Source of the DNA: Vitrella brassicaformis CCMP3155 | Taxonomy: Eukaryota; Protista; Chromerida | Direction of reading: 5' to 3' | Assembly (NCBI GenBank): GCA_001179505.1 | Contig: CDMY01000482.1 | Coordinates: forward strand, 4,103 to 68,102 | Length of the DNA stretch: 64,000 nt | Shown: positions 35,016-47,339 of the stretch, one piece after another | Layout of the letters: each line of letters begins with the position of its first letter | How positions within the stretch are numbered: position 1 is the first letter of the stretch | Made by a program: the position numbers and the translations under genes | The notes under the pieces: generated by a model | What the model was told of the DNA's origin: nothing | Database searches by the model: none | The model's input: only the letters and a program-made list of their open reading frames with translations

Positions 35016-35240
35016 GTCGGTGTGTGTGTTGTGCCCTCATTGTCTCTGTCTGTCTCTCTCACTGCTCACTTGAATCTCTCCGGCCTTTCTGGGTTTGCCT
35101 TGCGCGACGAGCGAGTCGACGGCCGACTGGACGAGCGAGGCGGACTGTCGGTGGTAGGCGGCGGCCGTGACGTGGTCGCCAAGGTGAGAGGCGTGTGTGG
35201 CCTTGATGGACAGGGAAATGGCGTCGAGGGCGAGTGTGAC
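33233..35240 (-). CDS. Hypothetical multi-exon coiled-coil protein; 5' end unresolved, may be continuous with the gene at 35413-37665
   Basis: Exons such as REQQAALVSLVAKSVQVVADEEAMHVQLKQLQ, KLEGQLKLRKEAVETEREVAAVRAELAEK, RLRELDTRIGNVIAEE and a last exon AAQVKALTDTLNLSVQIASI*. Separated by microsatellite-rich GT-AG introns. Confidence 0.55.
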
Positions 35241-35412
35241 TATTGATGTGCCAGATTGCAGACTGTGTGCTGTGCGTGTGCGTGTGTGACTATTGATGCG
35301 TTGATGTCAGTTGATGCATTGACGCGAATGCATTCGATCCATTGTCATCCATTCATAGTCGATATTCAAGAAGCTGACACGGCAGGTTTTCAAGGAGAGG
35401 CAACGATGTGGC

Positions 35413-37094
35413 TCAGCCGTCTTTGTGTGGCTTGTCAAAACGTGACTTCTTCGCGGCAGCTGCTTCGGCAGGCCCCTGATCGAACCGCGACCGCTTTGGA
35501 CGGGCGTGGGTGGGGGTGCCAGCTGTAGCGGGGATGGCTGGAGCTGAGGCAGCCAGAGAGGCGTTCTTCTGCTCGATGTCCTCGCGCGTCGTTCCCAGCT
35601 CAGTCAGGGAGGGCGAGCTCCAACTCACCCCCTTCCACTGACTTGTCCTGCAGCACCGAGTTGACAGTGACGAAGGCGCTGTGCACAAGCTGCCTCAGCC
35701 GCGACTCGTCATCCCTCTCTGATCAGACAAGCTATTTATAAGAAACCACACTGTCTCACGGCCGGGGACTCACCTCTCTTGGCGATGGTCTGTCGGATTC
35801 GCTGGATTTGATCGAGAGAGGGGATGTGCAGACCACAGTGCTGGGCGAACAGCAGACACAGGGTCTCCTCCTCAACATCGCCGAGCATCTGGGACAGACA
35901 CAGACCCGGTGCGGCTGACAGCCTTGCTGAGGGTGGGTGCGCTCTGTTCATATTCTTACGTCGATTTTGATGTCGCCGTGTTTGAGGGCAGCTTGGACGG
36001 CCAAACCGACAGCGGCTGAGACCATCTGCCACGTCAGAAGGGGTTCAGATATATCATCCACATCATAAGAGCAGCTTACAGCCTTCTACTACCGGTTGAT
36101 TAGCGAGAGATTGGATTTTCTTCTTCTTCTTCTGGTTGAATGTCTCGGTGAACCAGCTCTCCTTGACGTGGGGACACTGCAACACGGCACCACATTGCAT
36201 ACGCCCGTATGATGAAGTGCTCCGTGTACTGACCTCCTCAAGGACTGCATCTAGCAGCGGAACCGACAGCAACGGGCACCTGAAGTCCACACCCGACCAG
36301 ACCTCTAGAACTCCCATGTCACGGATGCCCGACACGTCAAGGTCAAGGGCTGCAATGGGCTGCATGAACACACACGCCCTTGTGTGTGTGTGTGTGTGTG
36401 TCATGGTGGCAAGCCTCTAGCATTCGCTTCACCACATCTGTCGCCATTGAGCGCCTTCTTGGCGGCTTCGGTCGGCGTCCCCTGGCCTGACACGCCGTAC
36501 ATCCACACACCAGATCAGGAAGGAAGATAGTCAGCAGGTCATGATTTGTGCGTGTGCGTGCCGTACATGTGTTGTCTGTCTGTTTCTGTGTGGGTGTCGG
36601 TTTGTGTGTGTGTGCATCTGTTGCTGACCGAATGCAATGTGGTGCCGGCGTATCTGGATGCTGACATCACCACTGTGTGCATCTGGATGAGCCGCCTTAT
36701 CTCCAGCGCGGTGAGGTGCCTCCGATACTGATTGTAAAGGATGCGATCGGCCCCTGCGAGCACGGCGTTGACCCAAAGATACTGCCGATATGGCGTAGGA
36801 AGATATCTGAATACAGACGCACGGACAAACAGCTATCGGTCGGTACATACCATTTGTTTGTTTGTGTGTGCATAGATCTACTGGCGGGCATCGGCAAGGT
36901 CAATGCCATGCAGATTGGCTGCCCACTAAAGGAGACGCAGACAGGAGTGACTCTGTGCGTGTGTTGGTGGGTGGTTACCTCTGTTCGGTCTCGCCGTTGC
37001 AGAAACTGATCAAAGGCCTGACGTCCCGCCTCTGACATCGACACGCACATAATTCGCCTGTCTGTCTGTCTGTCCGTCCGTCTGTCCGTCCGTC

Positions 37095-37125
<31 letters not shown>

Positions 37126-37665
37126 CTGTCTGTCCGTCCGTCTGTCTGTCTGTCTGTCTGCCGACATCTTGCTGTGCATGTGTGTGTGTGTGTGTCCTCA
37201 CGCCACAGTTCGTTGTTTGGTATAAGTCGGAAGATTAGCGTAGCTGAGATCAAAGCAGCCAGACGCAACAGGTTGTGTTGTGTTGTGTTGTGTGTCTCGT
37301 ACCATCGACAGTGAAGAGACCCGGCCGCCTGTCACCAAAGCGAAACGCTGAATGAAGAACATTCACACAAGATCCTTCATGCGGCACAGCGATTTGTGAA
37401 GTCGACTCACTTAGTTCGAACACCATCGTTTCGTATCCGACGAACGGAGGCACATGAGGTAAGGCTGCACACCAACATCGCGCACACACATTGATAGCCC
37501 TGCACACACATCGATAGTACCCTCCACGTTGTAGAGGCCATTGCTGTACAGTTGAGCAGGTGTGTCATCATCGAGTGGGAAATATCTCAAGCCTTGAGCA
37601 TGGCCGGCAAAGAGTACGATCAAGGCGGAGATAAGGACATTGATCTTCATGCTTCGCCCTGTCAT
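35413..37665 (-). CDS. Hypothetical multi-exon protein(s): hydrophobic N-terminus and a C-terminal KRSRFD/KKSRFD segment; may be two genes
   Basis: The first exons splice in frame: MKINVLISALIVLFAGHAQGLRYFP...LYNVE|ALPHVPPFVGYETMVFEL|TFRFGDRRPGLFTVD|ATLIFRLIPNNELW|...YLWVNAVLAGADRILYNQY. Later joins are uncertain. Confidence 0.45.
37058..37160. repeat. Compound (TGTC)/(CGTC) tetranucleotide microsatellite, intronic
   Basis: About 25 tetramer units. Shorter (CA)n, (GT)n, (GACA)n, (CATC)n and (GGTGT)n tracts occur in most introns of the window. Confidence 0.95.
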
Positions 37666-38206
37666 GCTGAAGCATGCTTCGCCTGTCTCGGCCGAGAGGT
37701 TGCCGAGTCGGCCCGGCAAGCAAAGCAAACTGTGTACACGTGTATGCATGTACGTATACGTGTACAAGTCGATCAGTCACACGCACACCCAGCTAGTTCC
37801 CCGTCTGTGTTGTGGCCATCGGTGCTGCGGCCGCTGCTGCTCCTAGACGTACACTGGTCATCTCTTGTGCTCAAGCGTACAGACCTGAAATGACGCCACA
37901 CACACACACACACACACGTCGCTTGCGCTCCCTCCTGATAGTGGAGTGCATCTAGCCATACGACCCGTCGCCGCTCCTGTCACACACAGCCATACACATC
38001 ACAGCCTTCCTACGCTCTCTCTTTTTCTCTCCCTGTGGTGCGATAACACACAAAAATAACACGCTTTCTCTCTTATATATCGCACAAGAGACAGAGACAC
38101 AGCGATTGACACAATGCGCGAATGATGCCACAGGCTCCGTGAGAAAGAGAGAATGGCTGGGCACGTTTTTGATCACATGAGTCGTCATTGCTACAATAAG
38201 GCCTTC

Positions 38207-39001
38207 ACACCTATATATAGGTGCCGTTAATTGTACGGCAAGGCAAGGCTAAGCCACACAGTCCTAACAGTCCTGATCAAGTGTCTTCATCGCTGCGGCC
38301 CACATGACTATCCAGCCGCCATCGCACGCACGCCAGCCCTCCCCTCGGCATGGCCAGAGAGATCAGACACATCTTCCCTTCCCGCCAGTCTGCATCCCAC
38401 CCATCTCGGCCGTCTCGTCCCATAGCACGGCAGGCAGAGCCAAGTTACGCCACCCGCATGGTCCTGATGATGTGCTCGTCGTTCTCGGTCCCGTGCTTGA
38501 GCGTCAGGTTGATGCCCCACCGCAGCGTTTCCATCCGAACGACACGAAAGATCACCTCGCAGATGCCCATGCGGCGGCCCGTCTCCCCGCCGATGGCGAA
38601 GGGGCGCAGCGGTGGCTGGCCCGGCCCGCCCACCACATGGACGTTGCCGTGCTGGATGATGCTGTGGCCGGCGGCCGTCACGTACTGCTGCATGGCGTGG
38701 TTGATGCGTGTGCCGAATGGGTTCTCGCCGATGGAGACGGAGGGGGAGGGGGTCAGCAGGGAGGCGATCGTCGTCTGGATCTCGGGAGGAAGAGCGACGT
38801 GTGTCGTCTCGCTGATGGGGATGGGTCGGGATAGCGAGGCCACAATGGAGCGGCTGGGCTGCAGAGCGGTGTTGATGGCACGGATGGACCGGCGAGGGAT
38901 CTTGCGGTTCAGCAGCGTGCCGTATGCCTTCACGATCCTCCTCAGGGGCCAGTCTGCCTTGTCCACCTCCTCATCGCTGTCCCAATCGCAGTCGCTGTCC
39001 C
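38207..39001. repeat. Near-identical direct duplicate of 39302-40096 (offset 1095 bp) across an assembly gap
   Basis: The sequences match by eye apart from about 5 substitutions clustered near 38472-38489 vs 39567-39584. Confidence 0.9.
38445..39001 (-). CDS. 3' fragment of an ankyrin-like family gene (copy B'), truncated by the gap
   Basis: DSDCDWDSDEEVDKADWPLRRIVKAYG...HGTENDEHIIRTMRVA*. Either a real tandem paralog or an assembly duplicate of copy B. Confidence 0.6.
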
Positions 39002-39301
39002 NNNNNNNNNNNNNNNNNNNNNNNNNNNNNNNNNNNNNNNNNNNNNNNNNNNNNNNNNNNNNNNNNNNNNNNNNNNNNNNNNNNNNNNNNNNNNNNNNNN
39101 NNNNNNNNNNNNNNNNNNNNNNNNNNNNNNNNNNNNNNNNNNNNNNNNNNNNNNNNNNNNNNNNNNNNNNNNNNNNNNNNNNNNNNNNNNNNNNNNNNNN
39201 NNNNNNNNNNNNNNNNNNNNNNNNNNNNNNNNNNNNNNNNNNNNNNNNNNNNNNNNNNNNNNNNNNNNNNNNNNNNNNNNNNNNNNNNNNNNNNNNNNNN
39301 N
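39002..39301. other. Assembly gap (300 N)
   Basis: Run of N. Confidence 1.
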
Positions 39302-39539
39302 ACACCTATATATAGGTGCCGTTAATTGTACGGCAAGGCAAGGCTAAGCCACACAGTCCTAACAGTCCTGATCAAGTGTCTTCATCGCTGCGGCCCACAT
39401 GACTATCCAGCCGCCATCGCACGCACGCCAGCCCTCCCCTCGGCATGGCCAGAGAGATCAGACACATCTTCCCTTCCCGCCAGTCTGCATCCCACCCATC
39501 TCGGCCGTCTCGTCCCATAGCACGGCAGGCAGAGCCAAG

Positions 39540-41717
39540 TTACGCCACCCGCATGGTCCTGATGATCTGCTCGTCATTGTCCATCCCGTGCTTGAGCGTC
39601 AGGTTGATGCCCCACCGCAGCGTTTCCATCCGAACGACACGAAAGATCACCTCGCAGATGCCCATGCGGCGGCCCGTCTCCCCGCCGATGGCGAAGGGGC
39701 GCAGCGGTGGCTGGCCCGGCCCGCCCACCACATGGACGTTGCCGTGCTGGATGATGCTGTGGCCGGCGGCCGTCACGTACTGCTGCATGGCGTGGTTGAT
39801 GCGTGTGCCGAATGGGTTCTCGCCGATGGAGACGGAGGGGGAGGGGGTCAGCAGGGAGGCGATCGTCGTCTGGATCTCGGGAGGAAGAGCGACGTGTGTC
39901 GTCTCGCTGATGGGGATGGGTCGGGATAGCGAGGCCACAATGGAGCGGCTGGGCTGCAGAGCGGTGTTGATGGCACGGATGGACCGGCGAGGGATCTTGC
40001 GGTTCAGCAGCGTGCCGTATGCCTTCACGATCCTCCTCAGGGGCCAGTCTGCCTTGTCCACCTCCTCATCGCTGTCCCAATCGCAGTCGCTGTCCCAGAG
40101 CCTTTCGTCCATCCCCCTTTCTCTCTGACGCCGGCGCTCAACCCCGGCCTCTCTGATGGCCCTCTGTGGGGTCACGCCGGCAGCCGTCAGCGAGGCACCG
40201 TGCGTGAGCAAGTCCAGCAGATCCGGCTCGACCCGCACGGCATCCGAAGGCTCGAGCTCTCGTTCGGTCATCTCACGCGCCAGGTCCCACAGCAGAGTAC
40301 ACCCGCTCCAGCTGGACGTGTTGATGTGCTTCGCTGCACCGAAGTGGTAGAGGCGTTGGATGGTCTCTTTGCGGCCCGCGCGGCTGAGGTGGCCAACCGA
40401 GAAATGCGAGTCCCACAGCGGCCGCCTGCCGTCACTGTCTGTTGCGCTGACGATGTCGCGCCCGCATACCTTGACAAAGTATTCGATGAGCCGCTGCTGG
40501 CACTTGGGGTCGGTGAGGGGGTGCTTGCAGTAGCGGTGGATGGGCTGCTTGCCGTTGCCGTCCACTTCTGTGAGGACAGAGCGGTCGCGATTGGCGATCT
40601 TCTTGACGATGTGCAGGTGGGCAGCCGGCGACAGCTCTTGCCGATTGCCGAATGTGGCCATGCGCAACCGCATTGACGGGACGGACGTGGCCAGCTCCGA
40701 CAGCAGCTGCATGCCGTTGACAGCCGCCTTGTACTGCGGCTCGAGGAGCATCTCCAGCAGGGCCCACCGCCCCTCTCTGATTGCAATCCGCAAACTCCTG
40801 TGCTTCGCGTCGTCGGTGCTCACGTCGATCGGCGCCCCGGCGTCGAGGAGTGCCCGGAGCACCTTGTCAGCCGATGAGCCGTAATGGTCTGCGACCACCA
40901 GCCCCACCAGGCTGATGTCGCCTCCATCGGCCTCCTTGACGCCGCCCCTGATGTTGGCCCCCTGCTCGATGAGGCCGCCCGCCGTATGTTCACTGACTGT
41001 GCCACACGCAATGCCGATGGCCAGCCGCTTCGTCAGATGGCACACACCAGCATCGAACTGCAGCGTGACGACCTTGCGGAAGTTTGTGTCGATGGTGGCC
41101 GTATTGGGGAGCGATGCAGGGAGGGCGTCTGGGTCTGGCAAGGCTGTGAATGGCGGCGGGGGCTGGGAGCTGCCGAAGAGGGCCGAAGGGGTGAAGGCAT
41201 GCTCAAAGTCCTGCACACACGCACAAGCAGACGATGCACGCGACTCCATGTCTCATGTCTTCACGTAGCGCACCCGCTGCGTTGGCGTCACGGAGACCAA
41301 GTTGCCCATGAAGCCCCAACAGCGACTATAGTTGCGCATGAAGGTACCGAAAATGTCCATGACGGTGAGTAGGATGGCCGAGTGACGTGCTGAGTGGCGG
41401 CTGGGGATGGAGCGAAGTCTGCGGCCGGTGGAGCGTCCGCTCACGCCCTCGCCCTCCTTCAGCTGCTCGCGGCGCTTGACTTGGCCATGGGGGTCGGTCA
41501 CGACGTATTGGTACTGATGCTCGCCCGGCGGGATGGCCGCACAGACGCGCCAGGCGTCACATGTGGGAGACGGAGGGGCCATGCGGTGCGCATTGCCACC
41601 GACCAGCAACGAAACTGATATATTCACAAGACGCGCACATCCCATTACTCTGCATAGATCTGACTCTTTTCGTTCTCCGCGTGAACTCCCTCGTACCAGA
41701 CTCGCCATCGTTGACAT
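39540..41717 (-). CDS. CBM20/48-like + ankyrin-like + F-box-like family protein (copy B)
   Basis: Upstream exon (ORF 41253-41717) DAWRVCAAIPPGEHQYQYVVTDPHG splices (CGG|GTGCGC...GTGCAG|GAC) to the long exon ending TAA at 39540. Confidence 0.8.
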
Positions 41718-41748
41718 CCTCCGGGGAGGCCACCAGCCTGAAGACTAC

Positions 41749-42146
41749 AGGGACGGGTGCGTCTGCATGCCGGAGGGGAGACCGACACGGTGGTCCAGCA
41801 GCCGGCTCCCTGTCACCTCGACGATGTAGCGGACGTCCGCTACATCGTCACATCATCAGAGCTTGTGGGGGCTGTGGGCTAAGCTCGCAGCCTTACATGA
41901 ACGGAAGTTGTGACGTCAGGATCTGTTGCCCATGAGAGGGATCCCCCATGAGAGGGACGGGTGCGTCTGCATGCCGGAGGGGAGACCGACACGGTGGTCC
42001 AGCAGCCGGCTCCCTGTCACCTCGACGATGTAGCGGACGTCCGCTACATCGTCACATCATCAGAGCTTGTGGGGGCTGTGGGCTAAGCTCGCAGCCTTAC
42101 ATGAACGGAAGTTGTGACGTCAGGATCTGTTGCCCATGAGAGGGAT
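41749..42146. repeat. Tandem duplication (period 204 bp, about 194 bp identical); each unit holds a 30-bp perfect palindrome
   Basis: Units start AGGGACGGGTGC at 41749 and 41953. Palindrome GACGATGTAGCGGACGTCCGCTACATCGTC at 41820-41849 and 42024-42053. Confidence 0.95.
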
Positions 42147-42184
42147 GTTCGTTCTTTTGTGAACCTCCATCATTGGCCGGCCCG

Positions 42185-45100
42185 ATGCGCAACTATCAGG
42201 GTGTGTTGATCAAGACCGGCAAGGTGTCGTGTACGCCGTGTGTGCGGCCCTACGCCATCACGGAGGAGCAGGGGGTGCACTACCTCATCTACCCCTCCAA
42301 GCAAGTCTTCAGGCGCAGAGAGGTATGGGTGCATGCGTGTCACACACTGACTCACACACTCACTGCGGTGGTTTCTGTGGTTTTCTTTGTGCTTGCTGCA
42401 GCAAAAGATCCCTCTGGTGCGGTTTACCTGCGAAGAGCCGAGGGCAGCCACAGATGAGGAGGTCAAGGCCGTAAAAACATCAGGTTCAACGACCGCCGCC
42501 CTCGCCCATAACACACAAGACACACAAAACACACCTGTGCACGCCTCTGTGTGTCACACAGGTGCGCTTCGTCAGTTCCGAAGGGCGTCGACTTTGCCGT
42601 CAGGCCGGCGAAAATCGCTAGAAATGCCTCCTGACCCCGGTTTCTGCTTCCAAATAAACGTGAAGCTGAGGCTCAAGGAGCATGGCAACGTCATCACCAA
42701 AAAACTCGCCATCTTCGTCGTGTAGGCCGCCACACACACTGGATGAACGGACGGATGAATGTGTTATGACAGGGGGAGGCAGTTGAATGTCCGACTTTGT
42801 GTGTTGTGTGTATAGGCCTGAGGAGAACAATTTCACTGCTATGTACACCAAGATACGGAAGATCTCCCAAACTGCAAGTGAGGTCGATTCGATACTCACA
42901 AGCTCCTATCACCAAGTTCCTGATCCGCTGTCTATCTCTTTTTCCATACGCAGCTGCGGCGCCACCTGTGATGGGCGCGGTGGGATAGACCAGCCAATGA
43001 TATCAGAAAGCGGAAGCTGCCATTGTTCATGTCTCCTGCCTCCCTCCCTCTGTCTGCCGCAATGTGCTCAGAATCTCGCCCTCACGGCAATGTATTCGGG
43101 CATCGACTCAGACGAAGAACAGTAGGCACCCCTTGAACCCGTCTACAAGCACCACGTGTGATCTGCGCTCTCTGTGTCCAATCCTCCATGTCTCCCATCA
43201 TCAGCCACGGTGCCGACAGGAGCTCTTTCAAGTCTCTCGGAGTGGAGTCGCCCCGGACCAACCAGCTGGGAGTATCAATGGCCACAGAGACATCAGCACA
43301 CGAAGGCGGGACGGTGAGTCCAGCTGACTCATGTCATGCAGATGTCTGAAATGCACCAACATGCACCGTCTGGTGTCATCCATGTGTGCAGGCAAGCGTC
43401 GAAAGAGGGGACACTGGGGAGAAGGAGGCAGCGGCTACAGCGGACCAGGCAAGGCGGACTGGACTTGCTGTTCGAGGAATGGCCTGTCTGCCTGAATGAG
43501 ACGTATCCGTGTGTGTGTGCATGCATGTAGGAAAGGGAGAATGCCGAGATAGAGGAGGCCATCAAGCGGTCACTGGAAGAGAACCAAGCCACAAAACACC
43601 AGCATCAACTGGTGAAATACACAACGAATTATGTGGACTGCGGCACAGATAGACACCGCCTTGCTGTCTGTCAGGATACCACCCCCACGACCGATCAGGC
43701 TATGATAGCCGTCACCGAGCCCCCTCCCACCGAAGGGGAACCAGACAACCACGCCGCCACCACCACACGACACCGATCCGAGAGCACCGACAATGCGGCA
43801 GAACAGTCACCAGAGGGGCCACACGCACGGTCGCTGCCCCCGCCCGCCCTCAAGCCCGACTCGCTGCCCACCACGCCGCAAGACTCAGAGAGAGAGCCGG
43901 GAGGAAGGGAGGCCGAGACGGCAGAGGAGGTTGTTGTTGTCGCGGAGGAAGATGTGGACAGGGAGCGGTGAGACAATATGAGGGGATAAGAGAATACTGC
44001 AGTGTGTGTATTCCGTTGCGTGTGTGGCGTTCAGGGGTGATGAGGGGAGAGAAGAGGCGCCTGAGGACTCACATGAGAGGGAGAGGGAGAGGGAGCCGGA
44101 GAGTGTCGAGCATAGGGCAGGGAGAGGGGAGGTCCCAGCATTCACCGTCGACACTTCCATGCCAGTGGCATGCACCGGCAACCTCCGTGTCAAGTAATGT
44201 CATGCAATCGGGGGAAAGACTCCGTCCAGTGCTGATTGGTACTTGGCTGATCTCCTCTGTCTGTCTGTCTGCCTGGCAGGTGCCGTTACTGTCGCGGCCT
44301 GAGGTGTGCTGACATGGCCATACTCAAAGGCAAAAGCTCCTCAGACCCATACGCCGTCGTCCACTTCCCGGTCAGTCATCATGACTGACCCGTACTCTCG
44401 ACCACAAAAGACACAGCACTCACATCGGTTCCTGCCTTGTCCATTCTGCAGGTGGGGCCTGGTTTGATAGAGAAGTGGACAACGAGCGTGGTGAGGAAGA
44501 ACGTCGACCCTGACTTGGAAGAGGAGGCCGTCTACCGCGTCCAGTGGGAGGCGGGCGATCCCTCACCACCGAGCGAGCTGCTGGTGGAGGTGTTTGACTC
44601 TGACTTCGGCAAGAGCGACGACTTCCTCGGCCAGGTCTTCGTGCCGCTGCTGTGGACATCGCCCGGCCTGCACAGGCACTACGACCTGCCACTCTTGTCA
44701 GACACGTCCAAAAACCGACATGAAGCCAAGGTACCTTTTGTGTCACTTACCCACGAGGACACACGGTCTGTCTGCCTTCATCGTCATATCAGGGGTCCAT
44801 TTCCCTCGACATCGAGTGGACGCCAGACGCCCCGCCACCACTACCACCACCAACACCACCACCAGCACCAGCACCAGCAGAAGCAGAGGCCACAGCAGAG
44901 AGAGAGGAGGGCGTGGGGGCCAGCGTCCCCCCTGCCGCTGCTGCAGCAGCGGCCGTCAAGGAGGTCCGCACCGTCCTCAGAGGGGGGTCCCTCAGCCATC
45001 TCAGAGGCGCCGGCGGGCCACAGACAGACGCACACCCAGAGCCGCTGACCTCCGTCCCGCCCGAAGCCAACGAGCTGATCAGCCGCGAGGCCGTCGGTGC

Positions 45101-47304
45101 GGGCCGCACCGTCACGGGCGTGTCGCGGGCCCTCGCGGACGGAGGCACAGACGCCGACTCACTCATCGAAGAGGAAGACAACGAAGAGCAGGAGGAGGGA
45201 CCAGTGCCCGCAGCGCGGCCAGAAAAGTCGTCATGGGTCTCCCGTGTGCTGTCGTGCGTGTGTGGGAGGCGGAGAAGGCGTCGGCCGTTCCGGAGTCCGA
45301 GTCAGATGGACGATGAGGACGAGGACATGCCTGACGTGGTGCCGTTTCCGTGGAATATTGGGAAGGAGGTTGAGATGTGGGCGGGGTATGGTGTGCCGCT
45401 GGATTGGGATGAGAGGCAGCGGCTGCTGAGGGAAGACAGAGACGACATCGAGCCTTTCAAAGACGTGTAAGCGAGAGAGACATGTGCACGCGAAAGCTAT
45501 TCCCATGAGAAATTGATTCTTGTCTCTCTGTCCCTGTCTCTCTGTCCCTCTCTATGTCAGTGCGCAGCTGCAGGCAACGAAGGTTTTGCACAAGTATGCC
45601 CTGGCCTTCGCCGTCCTGCTGCTGCTGTGTCTCTGCGGCCGGCTGTTCCCCTTCCTCATCCTGCCCCTGGCGGCCGCACTCCTGTGCTGCGTCATGCTCG
45701 TCTACCATGGCAGCCCCTCTGACACCCCTGCACCCGCACCAATCGCACAGGAGCATCGCAAGCTCACCTTGGGCCACGACATACCGGGATCGCCGCGGTC
45801 AAGGAAGGTCAGCACGTGTGTGTGGCTGGGTGGGGTGCTGCAGTCCAACCTGGATCGAACATCTACATCTGTCTGTGTGTGCGTGATGTGATGTGATGTG
45901 GTGTTTGAAAGGCGTTCGCGGAGCCGATATTCTATCCGGCTGAGATCGCAAGGTTCCCTCACTACACACAGGTGGAGTTCCTCAACAGGTAAGTAAAAGC
46001 ATCTTGGGCGGGGCGACGCCTGCGACCCTCGCTGTATGCAGGCTTCTGGCTGCCCTGTGGCCGAGCATGGTGGTGCAGCTTGACAGCATCATCTCAACGT
46101 CGCTCCCCAAATGGCTCGCCCCAAAGTGCGTGGCGAGCGAAACAAACGCCGCGTATCCGCCTTTCTCTCTCACCCCTCCAATGTGTGTGTGTCGTGTGCG
46201 CAGGATAGCGACCCTGGGATCGCGCCCGCCGCTGCTGGTGTCTGTCAACGCCTACAAGGGTGTTCCGTGCATGATAGACGTCGACCTGAGGTGGACGTCG
46301 GGCATCACTCTTGACCTGCCACCTCTGGGCGGCCTCGATAACGTGACGGTGGAGATGCTGCTGAGGATCGGGCTGTCCCACTGGGTGGAAGTGGTACGTG
46401 CACATCTTGCGGTCTCATACGTTCGTCCACCAATGCATCTCGGAATTGTTCCTTGGGTCTGTCGTTCTGTGTGTCTGTGCGTATGTGTGTGCCTATGTCA
46501 GCCGTCGTGGGTTGGGCAGGTATCCGTCTGTCTCCTTCGCGTACCCACCATCACCCTCCATGTGAGCAGACAGACAGACAGACAGACAGCAAGACAGACC
46601 ACCAATTAGTGTAGGGATTTCCCCCATGCATGGGCATTCCTCTCTGACTCCACCGTCAGCTGAAGGGCCTGCTCTGTGCCGTGCACCCGATGCTCGTCTG
46701 GCCGGTGCAGCTGGTGCTGCCGCGGGTCCTTATGTGGCTGCTGGGGTGGCCAGCCAGGTTCGACATTCCCCTGATGCCCTCGGATGAGCTGCAGCACCAC
46801 TCGGCCAAGGGGCTGCTGCAGGTGCACGTCCGTCAGGGGCAGCAGCTGCGGGCGAGCGACATATCCCTGTGGGGCAAGGCATCGTCGGACCCTTATGTGC
46901 TGGTGCGGGTGTCGGAGGAGGCCAAGTCGTGGAGAACCAAATCTGTCAGCCGATCGCTCAACCCGCAATTCAACGAAGTGGGCGTTACTTATACTGACAG
47001 AACACAGCACAAAGCAAAGAGATGGCCTGCCGCGACGCGATGGGTCTCTCTCTCTGTCTGTATGTCCTTATGTCAGATTTTCCACATTCCTTTGACCAAC
47101 CCCACGGCGCGTCTGCTGTATTTCCACGTCTACGACAAGGACAAGGTGGGCTCTGACGACCTCCTGGGCTTCGCGCGGGTGCCTGTCAAGGAGATAGTCG
47201 AGAAGGGCACCTGGGACGGCAGGCTCGAACTCGCACCGCCAGAGTTCTGCAGGCACGCCACATCGACGCGAAGCACGGCACACCAACCATGGTCGCTCTC
47301 TCCC

Positions 47305-47339
<35 letters not shown>

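Noticed and set aside
41815-41862. Minus-strand CTGATGA just before the long palindrome (hammerhead-like)
   Set aside because: The hairpin is followed by GAGG rather than GAAA, the spacing is wrong, and stems I and III are missing.
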